Positions 1-10,187 of a DNA stretch of 42,238 nt are shown here, in pieces (position 1 is the first letter of the stretch; the number at the start of each line of letters is the position of its first letter). The translations under genes and the position numbers were made by a program. Source of the stretch: Rhodoluna sp. (GTDB lineage: Bacteria; Actinomycetota; Actinomycetes; Actinomycetales; Microbacteriaceae); assembly GCA_016462375.1 (NCBI GenBank), contig JAEMTJ010000001.1:4085-46322 (forward strand), read 5' to 3'. The notes beneath the pieces were generated by a model that did not search any database, was not told where the DNA came from, and saw nothing but the letters and a program-made list of their open reading frames with translations.

Positions 1-969
1 AGGGAAAGCTACTTCCGCTCGCTTAGGCTCCATGTCACGATCGCCTGGCATTCCAACTACAACTAAAGATCGTTTGTGATTGACATCTGTTAGAGCTAAC
101 ACGATGTGCTTCAAAGTATTAGCTGCAGTGATTTGTGATAGCCCAAGTTCCTCATTAGCAAATGCAACGACAGTGTTTATGGTTTTAGTTCCAGGCGTGT
201 CATGCACAGCCGCTTCCGATAGTCCCTCAATGCTCAACGGCGCAGGTGAATTTATGGTCACTGCTTCGACGTTGGCTGCATAGCCGCTAGAAGAACGAAC
301 GAAAGTGTCTTCACCAATTGGCGAAGGTGTTAGGAACTCTTCGCTTGCCGAACCACCCATAGCGCCGGCATCAGCTTTGACGATTACATAATCAATTCCG
401 AGTCGAGTAAATATTCGTTCATAAGCATCACGCTGTGCTTGGTAAGAAGCGACTAAGCCTTCATCGTTCACATCGAATGAATATGCGTCTTTCATTATGA
501 ACTCACGTCCGCGAAGAAGCCCGGCCCGAGGACGCGCTTCGTCACGATACTTGTTTTGGATTTGATAAAGAGTCAAAGGAAGGTCTTTGTAACTTGAGTA
601 AAGATCTTTGACAAGCAGAGTGAACATCTCTTCATGAGTTGGAGCTAAAAGATAGTCAGCTTTCTTTCGGTCTTGAAGACGGAACAGGTTGTCGCCGTAT
701 TCTGTCCATCGACCTGTGGTTTCAAAAGGCTCTCTAGGAAGAAGAGCTGGGAAGAATACTTCTTGAGCACCTGCCCGGTTCATTTCTTCTCGAACAATCT
801 GTTCGACCTTAGCCTTTACAGCAAGACCAAGCGGTAGCCAGGTGTAGATTCCAGGAGCTGCGCGCCTGATATAACCGGCACGCACCAGCAACTTGTGGCT
901 ATCGACTTCAGCCTCAGCAGGGTCTTCGCGCAGAGTTCGAAGAAATAACTGAGACATTCGAAGCAACAT
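1..969 (-). CDS. proS: Proline--tRNA ligase, 5' part (runs off the left edge)
   Basis: Not in the ORF track. Manual translation from the ATG at 969 gives [48 protein letters not shown] and later LAPTHEE and [16 protein letters not shown], typical of bacterial ProRS. Confidence 0.97.
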   Translation of the reverse strand, partial: MLLRMSQLFLRTLREDPAEAEVDSHKLLVRAGYIRRAAPGIYTWLPLGLAVKAKVEQIVREEMNRAGAQEVFFPALLPREPFETTGRWTEYGDNLFRLQDRKKADYLLAPTHEEMFTLLVKDLYSSYKDLPLTLYQIQNKYRDEARPRAGLLRGREFIMKDAYSFDVNDEGLVASYQAQRDAYERIFTRLGIDYVIVKADAGAMGGSASEEFLTPSPIGEDTFVRSSSGYAANVEAVTINSPAPLSIEGLSEAAVHDTPGTKTINTVVAFANEELGLSQITAANTLKHIVLALTDVNHKRSLVVVGMPGDRDMEPKRAEVAFP

Positions 970-971
970 AA

Positions 972-2129
972 TTAATCTTTCTTTGCAACAACAACTTGAG
1001 GAGAGCCAACAAGCGCCGGGTCCATTTCAGCTGCCAAACGGTTTGCTTCCTCAATTAGAGTTGCCACAATTTCACTTTCAGGAACAGTCTTGATGACTTC
1101 TCCCTTAACGAAGATCTGACCTTTGCCATTACCGGATGCAACACCGAGATCCGCTTCTCTGGCTTCACCTGGACCATTGACAACGCAACCCATGACTGCA
1201 ACACGAAGTGGAACCGTCATGTTTTCCAAACCAGCAGTCACATCTTCGGCAAGTTTATAAACATCAACCTGCGCACGACCACAAGATGGACATGAAACTA
1301 TTTCAAACTTACGAGGACGAAGATTCAGAGATTCCAGAATCTTTGAGCCAACTTTGATCTCTTCAACCGGCGGAGCAGAAAGAGAAACTCGAATTGTGTC
1401 TCCGATTCCCTTGCTCAGTAAAGCCCCAAATGCGACAGCAGATTTGATTGTTCCTTGGAATGCAGGACCGGCTTCAGTCACACCTAAATGCAGAGGCCAA
1501 TCTCCTCGTTCAGCAAGAAGTTCGTAGGCTTTCACCATCACAACCGGGTCATTGTGCTTTACAGAAATCTTGAAGTCGTGGAAGTCATGCTCTTCGAATA
1601 AAGATGCTTCCCAAACCGCGGATTCCACTAATGCTTCGGCTGTCGGTTTGCCATACTTCTGCAAAAGCCTTGGATCTAGCGAGCCAGCGTTAACTCCAAT
1701 ACGAATTGAAACTCCTGCATCCTTTGCAGCTTTGGCAATCTCCCCCACCTTGTCGTCAAATTGACGAATGTTTCCGGGGTTTACTCGAACTGCACCGCAG
1801 CCAGCATCAATGGCTTGAAAAACATACTTAGGTTGGAAGTGAATATCCGCGATAACTGGAATCTGTGACTTTTTGGCAATAATCCTGAGCACATCGGCAT
1901 CATCCTGAGATGGACAGGCAACGCGCACAATCTCACATCCAGTCGCAGTTAGCTCAGCTATTTGCTGCAGGGTGCCGTTGATGTCTGTGGTTGGAGTCGT
2001 GGTCATCGACTGCACTGAAATCGGGGCGTCTCCTCCAACAGCCACATTGCCAACCATGATCTGCCTGGTTTTGCGACGAGGAGTAAGCACCGGAGGTGTG
2101 TTTGGAAGTCCAAGATTTATAGCTGGCAC
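972..2129 (-). CDS. ispG: 4-hydroxy-3-methylbut-2-en-1-yl diphosphate synthase (flavodoxin-dependent)
   Basis: Motifs [25 protein letters not shown], and Fe-S ligands CPSCGR and [10 protein letters not shown]. Confidence 0.98.
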   Translation of the reverse strand: MPAINLGLPNTPPVLTPRRKTRQIMVGNVAVGGDAPISVQSMTTTPTTDINGTLQQIAELTATGCEIVRVACPSQDDADVLRIIAKKSQIPVIADIHFQPKYVFQAIDAGCGAVRVNPGNIRQFDDKVGEIAKAAKDAGVSIRIGVNAGSLDPRLLQKYGKPTAEALVESAVWEASLFEEHDFHDFKISVKHNDPVVMVKAYELLAERGDWPLHLGVTEAGPAFQGTIKSAVAFGALLSKGIGDTIRVSLSAPPVEEIKVGSKILESLNLRPRKFEIVSCPSCGRAQVDVYKLAEDVTAGLENMTVPLRVAVMGCVVNGPGEAREADLGVASGNGKGQIFVKGEVIKTVPESEIVATLIEEANRLAAEMDPALVGSPQVVVAKKD

Positions 2130-2202
2130 TTTAGATAACTACTTTCTGCTCACTAGAGATGTCTCAAGTCTAAATGCCAAGCTCCATTTCAGGGCGAAGG
2201 GC

Positions 2203-3435
2203 CTAGATGTGAAGCGGGTTCAAGATATCGCGAACGATGAGAATGACACTAAGTAGGAGCAGCAAGCCGGCTACGAAATAAGCAATCGGCATCATTTTGC
2301 TGGTGTCTACTGGTTCCTCAAGATCTTTACCCCTGCTTCTCCAAATTCCACGCTTTATCCACTCATAGATTCCAGCTGCAATGTGTCCACCGTCAAGAGG
2401 AACCAAAGGAATCATGTTAAACACGAACAGCGCCACGTTTAGCGACATCAGCAAACTTAACTGTGAAGCCAGCTTGTCCTCGAAAGAAATGTCTGAGCTG
2501 GCAGCAATCTCACCAGAAAATTGACCCAATCCAATAATGGATATAGCACCGTTTTGATTTCTAGGAGTGGCGGGGTTCAGTTCTCCAAATGCGCTAACCG
2601 CCTGCATTGGAAGTTGAACAATCAACTCTGCTGTGGATTGCAACATTGAGCCGAGTTGGGTAACTGCTGCAACTGGAGTTTGCCTAGTGCGTTCAGCATT
2701 TAGATAGACACCTAGGTAAGGCTTGCTAGTTCCTTCTAATTTCAGTGTTACCGGCGTTATCGAAAACGTTTGCTCAACTCCAGCCCGTAGCACTTTGATT
2801 GAGGTGGCTTTGCCAACAGTCCTTTGCAGAACTGGCTCAACGTCTGACCAAAGAGTCACCTCTGTGCCATCTATCTCGATAATCTGATCACCAGCTTTCA
2901 GTCCGGCAATTGATGAAGGTGATGGATCCCCTAACTTGTCGCAGCTTGGGTTCGAAGTTGTCGGAATACAAGGAACAATTTGATTGATGGTTGTAGTCCT
3001 GCCATAGCTACCGAAACCACAAAATAATACAAAGGTCAATACGAGAGCGATTAGAAGATTGGCGAATGGTCCGCCAAACATAATGATCAGTTTCTTCCAA
3101 GGCTTCAACCGGTAAAAAGTCCTGTCGACATCTGCCGCGGAAAGCTCTTCTTCGTTTCCACGATTTCTAAACCCTGCGTTCTTGAATGCACTGGCAGGTG
3201 GGATCATGCCGATCATTTGAATGTATCCACCCAGCGGTATGGCTTTGATGCCATACTCAGTGTCACCTCTTTTTCTAGAAAAAAGAGTTGGACCAAAGCC
3301 AATCATGTACTTGGTTACTTTGACTCCGAATTTCTTTGCTGGCCACAAGTGGCCGATTTCATGAAGCCCAATTGAAAGGGCTAGCCCCAGAAGAAGAATT
3401 ACCCACCCGCTAGCGAAATTTAGAAAAGAATTCAT
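2203..3435 (-). CDS. Site-2 zinc metalloprotease, M50 family (RseP/Rip1-like) with PDZ domain
   Basis: HEIGH zinc motif, GFGP, GGPFAN, PDZ-like AGLKAGD, NMIPLVPLDGGH; canonical dxr-rseP-ispG gene order. Confidence 0.93.
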   Translation of the reverse strand: MNSFLNFASGWVILLLGLALSIGLHEIGHLWPAKKFGVKVTKYMIGFGPTLFSRKRGDTEYGIKAIPLGGYIQMIGMIPPASAFKNAGFRNRGNEEELSAADVDRTFYRLKPWKKLIIMFGGPFANLLIALVLTFVLFCGFGSYGRTTTINQIVPCIPTTSNPSCDKLGDPSPSSIAGLKAGDQIIEIDGTEVTLWSDVEPVLQRTVGKATSIKVLRAGVEQTFSITPVTLKLEGTSKPYLGVYLNAERTRQTPVAAVTQLGSMLQSTAELIVQLPMQAVSAFGELNPATPRNQNGAISIIGLGQFSGEIAASSDISFEDKLASQLSLLMSLNVALFVFNMIPLVPLDGGHIAAGIYEWIKRGIWRSRGKDLEEPVDTSKMMPIAYFVAGLLLLLSVILIVRDILNPLHI

Positions 3436-3471
3436 GCTCCAAACCTACTTACCATTACTGACATTTCGCTG

Positions 3472-4563
3472 TCAGAGCTTTGTATTGATGATTTGATCTG
3501 CAAATGTTCTTGCCCAGCTTTCAGCTTCCAATACTGCCTCGAGTGAGAGTTCATTACTTGCAGTATGAGCCTGGATGGTTTCTTCGATAACCTCAACAAT
3601 TTCGGTGAAAGAGATTTTGTTTAGGTGAAAAGCTTCAACTGCTTGCTCATTAGCTGCGTTATAAACAGAAGGATAAGTACTTCCTTTTGCACCGACCTCA
3701 CGAGCAAGTCTTACTGAAGAGAAAACTGTTTCATCGAGAGGCTCGAATATCCAAGTATGAGATTTAGTGAAATCAACTGGAGCACTGATGTTTGGAACTC
3801 GATCCGGCCAGGTCATTCCTAATGCGATAGGTAGTTTCATATCAGGTGGCGAACATTGAGCAATGATTGAACCATCGATGAACTGAACCATAGAATGAAC
3901 AACCGATTGAGGATGAACTGTAACGACAATATTTTCAAATGGAATGTCAAAAAGTAGATGTGCCTCGATAATTTCTAAACCTTTATTGACCATAGTTGCT
4001 GAGTTTGTTGTCACTACTTTGCCCATAGTCCAAGTTGGATGCTTTAGCGCTTGAGCGGGAGTAACTTCACGCAACTGTTGTTTGCTAAAGCCACGAAATG
4101 GTCCACCGGAAGCGGTCAGAATCAATTTGGCAACTTCAGATCGATTGCCTGCGAGAAGACACTGGGCTAAAGCTGAGTGTTCAGAGTCAACTGGAACTAT
4201 CTGTCCAGGTTTTGCTAAATCAGTGACCAGCCGACCCCCAACTATAAGCGATTCTTTGTTGGCCAGAGCTAGGGTCTTACCAGTTCGCAGTGTGGCAAGT
4301 GTTGGCAATAAACCAATCGAACCGGTGATTCCGTTGATCACAACATCTGCTTCAGTGTCCTCTATCAATCTGACGGCAGCCTCTGCTCCTGCTACTGCCC
4401 GCTGCTTAGCAACATTGAACTTTTGAGCTTGGCTAGCCAACAGTTCCTGATTGGCATTTCCCACAAGACCAACGACTTGGAATCTGTCTGGGTTAGCTTC
4501 AATAATCTCTAGGGCTTGAGTACCAATTGACCCTGTGGATCCCAAGATAATTACTTTCTTCAT
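3472..4563 (-). CDS. dxr: 1-deoxy-D-xylulose-5-phosphate reductoisomerase
   Basis: Motifs LGSTGSIG, LANKES, PVDSEH, LTASGGPF, HPTWTMG and NKGLEIIEA. Confidence 0.98.
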   Translation of the reverse strand: MKKVIILGSTGSIGTQALEIIEANPDRFQVVGLVGNANQELLASQAQKFNVAKQRAVAGAEAAVRLIEDTEADVVINGITGSIGLLPTLATLRTGKTLALANKESLIVGGRLVTDLAKPGQIVPVDSEHSALAQCLLAGNRSEVAKLILTASGGPFRGFSKQQLREVTPAQALKHPTWTMGKVVTTNSATMVNKGLEIIEAHLLFDIPFENIVVTVHPQSVVHSMVQFIDGSIIAQCSPPDMKLPIALGMTWPDRVPNISAPVDFTKSHTWIFEPLDETVFSSVRLAREVGAKGSTYPSVYNAANEQAVEAFHLNKISFTEIVEVIEETIQAHTASNELSLEAVLEAESWARTFADQIINTKL

Positions 4564-4637
4564 AGTCCAATCTTGCCATTGACTGAACCTAGCGGGGCTC
4601 TACCTATGCCAAAAGGGTCGGGCGTAAGATTAGAACC

Positions 4638-5963
4638 ATGACGATTGAACAAAACCGCAAACTTGTCACTTCGATTCCTGGGCCTAAATCCCAAGCGCTG
4701 CACCAGAATAGGCTGCAGCATGTTGGCCACGGTGTTGGTGCAACTCTCCCCGTATACATTGATTCGGCGCACGGAGCAATCCTCGTTGATGTCGATGGTA
4801 ACCAATTCATCGACATGGGATCTGGTATCGGGGTGACCACTATCGGTCACACAAACGAAGCTGTCGTCAAAGCAGTTAGCGAGCAGGTAGCAAAACTAAC
4901 CCACACCCTGTTCACAGTAACTCCATATCTTCCTTACGTTGAGGTTTGTGAAATCCTAAATGCGCACATGCCAGGAAACTTTGTAAAACGTTCAGCGCTA
5001 TTCAATTCAGGTGCAGAAGCAGTAGAGAACGCAATTAAGCTTGCTAGGAAATTCACCAAGCGTAACGAGATCGCAGTGTTCGATCATGCTTACCATGGCC
5101 GCACAAACCTGACAATGGCAATGAACTTCAAGAACATGCCTTACGCGGATGGCTTTGGTCCTTTCGCAGGTTCGGTTACCCACGTTCCGATGTCTTACCC
5201 GTTCCATGACCCAGAAGGTATGACTGGATTTGAAGCAGCTCAGCGTGCAATCAATTATATGGAAAAGCGTATCGGCGCTCAGAACCTCGCAGCCTTAGTT
5301 ATAGAACCAATTCAAGGTGAAGGTGGCTTTATCATTCCAGCCCCTGGTTTCCTAAAGACTTTGAGTCAGTGGACACATGCCAACGGCATCGTGCTAGTAG
5401 CTGATGAGGTGCAAGCTGGTATGGCTAGAACTGGTAAATGGTTCGCCACCGAACACGAAGAAGGTTTCGAACCAGATCTAATGACGATCGCCAAGGGTAT
5501 TGCCGGTGGCATGCCTATCTCAGCAGTAACCGGACGAGCAGAAATCATGGATTCGTCTCACCCTGGTGGTATCGGTGGAACTTTCGGTGGTAACCCAGTT
5601 GCCGCCGCAGCAGCAGTTGCAGTGCTTAGACAAATCGAAAACGGCGGAGTTCTTGAAAAAGCAATCCACATCGAAAACATAATGAAGCCTAGACTTCTGG
5701 CCATGCAAGATAAGTACTCGGTCATTGGCGAGATTCGCGGTCGCGGAGCAATGCTGGCAATTGAGTTTGTTATACCTGGAACTAGAACACCTAATTCAGC
5801 TGTTGTTGATGCAGTAGTTAAGTACTCTCACACCAACGGCGTGCTAATCCTAAATGCTGGAACCTACGGCAACGTAATCCGTTTCCTACCATCTCTTGCA
5901 ATCAGCGATGAGCTAATAAACGAAGCTCTTGACGTCGTTGAACAAGCAATAGCAGCTCTCTAA
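4638..5963 (+). CDS. gabT: 4-aminobutyrate--2-oxoglutarate transaminase
   Basis: Class III aminotransferase motifs FNSGAEAVENA, YHGRT, EPIQGEGG, DEVQAG, PLP lysine in AKGIAGG, GTYGNVIRFLP. Confidence 0.9.
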   Translation: MTIEQNRKLVTSIPGPKSQALHQNRLQHVGHGVGATLPVYIDSAHGAILVDVDGNQFIDMGSGIGVTTIGHTNEAVVKAVSEQVAKLTHTLFTVTPYLPYVEVCEILNAHMPGNFVKRSALFNSGAEAVENAIKLARKFTKRNEIAVFDHAYHGRTNLTMAMNFKNMPYADGFGPFAGSVTHVPMSYPFHDPEGMTGFEAAQRAINYMEKRIGAQNLAALVIEPIQGEGGFIIPAPGFLKTLSQWTHANGIVLVADEVQAGMARTGKWFATEHEEGFEPDLMTIAKGIAGGMPISAVTGRAEIMDSSHPGGIGGTFGGNPVAAAAAVAVLRQIENGGVLEKAIHIENIMKPRLLAMQDKYSVIGEIRGRGAMLAIEFVIPGTRTPNSAVVDAVVKYSHTNGVLILNAGTYGNVIRFLPSLAISDELINEALDVVEQAIAAL

Positions 5964-5988
5964 ACCAAACGAGTCAAAGAGGATTCAA

Positions 5989-7347
5989 ATGCACTCCTAT
6001 GCAAATCGAGAAAAACTAGCTCAACTATTTGCTAAGGAGGTCGCCCTCTTTGTATCAAAGCATCCAAACTCTGCAGAGCTTCACAAAAAAGCAATGGGGC
6101 CACTTATGGGGGGTGTTCCTATGTCTTGGATGTCTAAGTGGCCAGGCCCTCATCCTGTTTATGTTCAATCAGCTAAAGGTTCTAGGTTTATTGACGTTGA
6201 TGGCATCGACTATGTCGATTTTTGTTTAGGTGATACCGGTGCCATGGTTGGCCACTCCCCTGATGCAGCGATCAAAGCCATAGCAAATCAACTGGGTAAA
6301 GGAATCACCTTCATGCTACCAACTGAAGACGCTGCTGTGGTTGGCCAGACTCTCAGCGATCGATTTGGTTTACCCAAATGGCAATTCACCTTGACTGCCA
6401 CCGATGCCAATCGTCACATCTTGAGATATGCAAGACATGTCACTGGTAAATCTAAAGTGGTCGTGCATGACTACTGCTACCACGGCACAGTTGATGAGAC
6501 TTTTGCTGTCTTAGATGACCAAGGCACCACAGTCTCTCGAGAGAACAACATTGGGCCTCAGGTAGATCCAGCGCAGACCACCATTGTCGTTCCGTTCAAC
6601 AACTTGCCAGCAGCTGAGAGAGCATTCGCAACGGGCGTTGTTGCAGCGATGCTTATTGAGCCAGCTATGACCAACATCGGAATCGTTTTACCAGAACCCG
6701 GTTACCTTGATGGACTTAGAGCTCTCTGTGATAAATACGATGTCATTCTGATCATCGACGAAACTCACACATTGAGCGAAGGCCCAGGGGGAATGACCAA
6801 GCGGAGAAATCTTCGACCAGATGCAGTAGTTATGGGCAAGACCATCGGTGCCGGGATTCCTGCAGGTGCCTTTGGTATGAGCGCAGAACTAACCTCAAGA
6901 ATTCAAAAGAGTTTACACCTAGAGCACATCGATGTCGGCGGTGTCGGTGGGACCTTGGCTGGCAATGCTCTATCGATGGCTGCCATCAGAGCAACCTTGA
7001 CCGAAGTTCTAACCCCAGAAGCGTTCATCTCAATGGAAGAGCTTTGCGATGTTTGGACTCATGACGTCCAGAGACTTATTAACAAATATTCTGCCCCTTG
7101 GCAAGTAAGTCAGCTAGGTTGCCGAGCAGAATACTCCTTTAGAGCAACTGCACCTAAGAACGGCAGAGAGGCAGCTGATGCAGACGACTTTGAATTGCAG
7201 CAATATCTTCATCTCCATGCCCTGAACCGCGGCATCCTGATGACACCGTTTCACAATATGGCTTTGATGTCTCCTGCTCATACAGCTGAAGATGTTTCGA
7301 GACACACTGAACATTTTGAAGAAGCGCTAGCTTCGCTATTTGCCTAG
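5989..7347 (+). CDS. Class III PLP aminotransferase, GSA-aminomutase (HemL)-like fold, substrate unknown
   Basis: DVDGIDYVDFCLG, YHG, EPAMTN, IIDETHT, MGKTIGAGIPAGAFG and GGTLAGN; 25 bp downstream of gabT with a GAGGA Shine-Dalgarno (SD). Confidence 0.82.
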   Translation: MHSYANREKLAQLFAKEVALFVSKHPNSAELHKKAMGPLMGGVPMSWMSKWPGPHPVYVQSAKGSRFIDVDGIDYVDFCLGDTGAMVGHSPDAAIKAIANQLGKGITFMLPTEDAAVVGQTLSDRFGLPKWQFTLTATDANRHILRYARHVTGKSKVVVHDYCYHGTVDETFAVLDDQGTTVSRENNIGPQVDPAQTTIVVPFNNLPAAERAFATGVVAAMLIEPAMTNIGIVLPEPGYLDGLRALCDKYDVILIIDETHTLSEGPGGMTKRRNLRPDAVVMGKTIGAGIPAGAFGMSAELTSRIQKSLHLEHIDVGGVGGTLAGNALSMAAIRATLTEVLTPEAFISMEELCDVWTHDVQRLINKYSAPWQVSQLGCRAEYSFRATAPKNGREAADADDFELQQYLHLHALNRGILMTPFHNMALMSPAHTAEDVSRHTEHFEEALASLFA

Positions 7348-8144
7348 TGTTTTTTAGCTAACCGTCGACGTTTAACTTCGCCACGGATCTGAGTTGAAAG
7401 CACAATCAGAATTGCCAGCAAGAACACAGCACAGCCAACTACGTTTGCTTCCGCTGGCACACCGCGGGCTGCAGCTGTGTATACATAGCGCGGGAAAGTC
7501 ATATCCGAACCAGCATTGAAGTTGGTGATGATGAAATCATCAAAGCTTAGAGCAAATGAAAGCAAGGCGGCTGAAGCGATACCTGGCAACAACAGTGGGA
7601 AGGTAATCCTCCAAAATACTTGGCGAGGATTTGCGTATAGGTCTCTGCCGGCTTCCTCAAGAGCAGGGTCAAGGCTTGCAACTCTGGCTTTCACAGTAAC
7701 CACTACGAAGGAGAGGCAGAACATGATGTGGGCAATGATGATTGTCCAGATACCCTTCTGAACACCTAAGTTGAAAAACTGCGATGCAAGACCTGCACCT
7801 AGAACTACTTCAGGAGTTGCCATTGGTAGGAACAGCAGCAGGTTGATGGAACTGCGGAACTTGAAGCGGTACCGGACAAGAGCAATTGCGATCATGGTGC
7901 CAAGCGCTGTCGCAACAACTGTGGAAATTAAGCCAATCATCACTGAATTGCTCAAAGCCTCACAAACGCCTTCGCGTTGACACACATTCGTCCACTTATC
8001 CAAAGTAAAGCCTCGCCAAATCAGGTTAGTTTTTAGCGAGTTGTTAAAAGAGAACACGAAGGTGTAAACGATTGGAATGAGCAAGTAGATGAATGCTAAG
8101 ACCGCGTAAACCGGAAGAGTGAATTTACCTAAGCTAAAACGCAT
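7344..8144 (-). CDS. potC: Polyamine ABC transporter permease
   Basis: Multiple hydrophobic segments, EAA-like loop LEEAGRDLYA, FALSFDDF; last gene of the pot operon. Confidence 0.88.
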   Translation of the reverse strand: MRFSLGKFTLPVYAVLAFIYLLIPIVYTFVFSFNNSLKTNLIWRGFTLDKWTNVCQREGVCEALSNSVMIGLISTVVATALGTMIAIALVRYRFKFRSSINLLLFLPMATPEVVLGAGLASQFFNLGVQKGIWTIIIAHIMFCLSFVVVTVKARVASLDPALEEAGRDLYANPRQVFWRITFPLLLPGIASAALLSFALSFDDFIITNFNAGSDMTFPRYVYTAAARGVPAEANVVGCAVFLLAILIVLSTQIRGEVKRRRLAKKH

Positions 8145-9058
8145 TAGAGCAAGTCCTCCGTTCCAGACTTTCTAACATAAACGCTAACCAGCACAAGAAT
8201 CACTCCCATAAGAATCACTGACAGCGCAGAAGCTGAAGGGTAATCATTTATCTGCAGGTAATTTGATTCGATAACGTTACCGATCATTGCCGTTGATGAT
8301 GACCCCAGGAAATCTCCTGAAGCATTTACGTAGTCACCGGCAATAGGTATAAATGTGAGTAAGGTTCCTGAAATGATTCCAGGCATTGAAAGTGGCAGTG
8401 TAACTTTTCTAAACACCTTTGCAGGTGTTGCGTATAGATCTGAACCAGCTTCAAGGTATCGAGTGTCAAGTCTTTCTAGAGACGTGTATAGCGGAAGAGT
8501 CATGAATGGAATGAAGTTATACGTCAAACCGAAGATCACCATAAAAGGTGTTCCAACCACATACTGGGTCTGGTCCAGTATTCCTAAATCCTGCAGTGAA
8601 CTAACAATCCAAGACTCGTTAGAGAATATTTGCTTCCAAGCTAGTGTGCGCAAGAGAAAAGAAATAAAGAACGGTGCAATTACCAAGGTGAGCATTAGTT
8701 TTTGCAGCATCGGCCAAGGCCTAGCCTTGACTCCGATGAAGTATGCCAACGGGTAAGAAATCAAAAGAGCTAGCACAGTTGCAGCTAAGGCATAACCGAA
8801 AGATCTCAGAATGTGCGGTAGGTATTCACTTACTACGTTTGCATAATTGCCGAATTCAAAAGCAGGAACATATTCTGCGAAACCGCCAGCTGGATCTGGT
8901 GTTTCAAGAGAGACCATAATCAGTGCAAATAGTGGAGTTAGGAAAAACATTGCTAAGTAAGCAAGCCCTGGTGCAAGCAGGGCAATAACTACCTTGCCGG
9001 TTCTTCTCGGTTTGTTTGAAGGAGATCGGTTGTTAGAACCAAAAGCCGTGAAAGCCAT
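8144..9058 (-). CDS. potB: Polyamine ABC transporter permease
   Basis: Start moved to the ATG at 9058 (MAFTAFG), 4 bp after the potA stop; motifs LEAGSDLYA and MIGNVI; TAATG coupling to potC. Confidence 0.88.
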   Translation of the reverse strand: MAFTAFGSNNRSPSNKPRRTGKVVIALLAPGLAYLAMFFLTPLFALIMVSLETPDPAGGFAEYVPAFEFGNYANVVSEYLPHILRSFGYALAATVLALLISYPLAYFIGVKARPWPMLQKLMLTLVIAPFFISFLLRTLAWKQIFSNESWIVSSLQDLGILDQTQYVVGTPFMVIFGLTYNFIPFMTLPLYTSLERLDTRYLEAGSDLYATPAKVFRKVTLPLSMPGIISGTLLTFIPIAGDYVNASGDFLGSSSTAMIGNVIESNYLQINDYPSASALSVILMGVILVLVSVYVRKSGTEDLL

Positions 9059-9062
9059 TTGG

Positions 9063-10187
9063 TTATGCCTTTTCTGATTTAGCAGGCAAGTCAGAAAGAC
9101 CAAAGCTGTGCTCAATAGCCCATGAAATCCAAACCTGCTCCCCCAGCTGGATAACTGGTGACTGCCCAATGTTTTGAGCAAAGACAGTGATGTTACCCAA
9201 CTCTGGAACCTCAATCAAATACTGGTTGCTAGTTCCGGTAAACCGAATGTCCAAGATGACTCCCGGACCAATCACATTTGTTGAAGCACTAGAAGCTGGC
9301 TTCTTAGTTAGGAAGGTTGCCTTCTCAGGTCTGAAGCCAATTGCAATCTTGCCTTTGTGCTTTTCCGCTCGAGCCTTAGGAACTGAGATCTTGTTGCCAG
9401 CAACTTCAATGCTGATTGAGTTCGCAGAGCTTGAGGTAACTTCGCCAACCAGAAGATTTGACTGTCCAAGGAACTTCGACACAAAGACAGTTTTAGGGCG
9501 ATCGTAAAGAGCCTCTGGAGCACCCATCTGCTCAATGTGGCCCAGGTTCATAACAGCAACAGTGTCAGCCATGTCCATGGCCTCTTCTTGGTCGTGGGTT
9601 ACGTGCAGGAAGGTCAAGCCAACTTCCATTTGAATCGCTTTAAGTTCTATTTGCATTTCACGCCGAAGCTTTAGATCCAATGCACCTAGTGGCTCATCTA
9701 GTAAAAGAAGTGAAGGTCTATTCACCAAAGCTCTAGCCAGTGCAACTCGCTGCTGTTGGCCACCAGAGAGCTGCTGCGGTCTTCTATCGGCAAGGTGAGG
9801 TAGCTGAACTAGGTTAAGTGCTTCTTTGGCCCTAACCAGCGGATTATCGATTTTTCTTTGACGCAAGCCAAAAGCAACGTTCTCAAGAACGCTCATGTGA
9901 GGGAATAGTGCATAGGACTGAAATACCGTGTTTACTGGGCGCTCGTGAGGCTTGGTGCTTGTCACATCTTTGCCACCGATAAAGATCTTTCCCTTGGTCG
10001 GCGTTTCAAGACCCGCGACCAAACGGAGTGAAGTTGTCTTGCCGCAACCAGAAGGTCCAAGCAGTGCAAAGAATTGCCCTGCTGGCACATGGAGATCTAA
10101 GTTATCTATTGCAACGAAACCGGGGAACTCTTTTCGTATTTGCTTCAGCTCTAAATCAGCGCCGCGGGCAACAAACTCTTTTGCCAC
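9063..10187 (-). CDS. potA: Polyamine ABC transporter ATP-binding protein
   Basis: Walker A GPSGCGKT, VFQSYALFPH, signature LSGGQQQRVALARA, Walker B LLLDEP, TOBE-like C-terminus. Confidence 0.92.
   Translation of the reverse strand: MAKEFVARGADLELKQIRKEFPGFVAIDNLDLHVPAGQFFALLGPSGCGKTTSLRLVAGLETPTKGKIFIGGKDVTSTKPHERPVNTVFQSYALFPHMSVLENVAFGLRQRKIDNPLVRAKEALNLVQLPHLADRRPQQLSGGQQQRVALARALVNRPSLLLLDEPLGALDLKLRREMQIELKAIQMEVGLTFLHVTHDQEEAMDMADTVAVMNLGHIEQMGAPEALYDRPKTVFVSKFLGQSNLLVGEVTSSSANSISIEVAGNKISVPKARAEKHKGKIAIGFRPEKATFLTKKPASSASTNVIGPGVILDIRFTGTSNQYLIEVPELGNITVFAQNIGQSPVIQLGEQVWISWAIEHSFGLSDLPAKSEKA

Noticed and set aside
3472-4563. Short Dxr (363 aa) as a pseudogene
   Set aside because: All catalytic motifs are present in one frame; the shortening is an internal deletion in the N-terminal domain.
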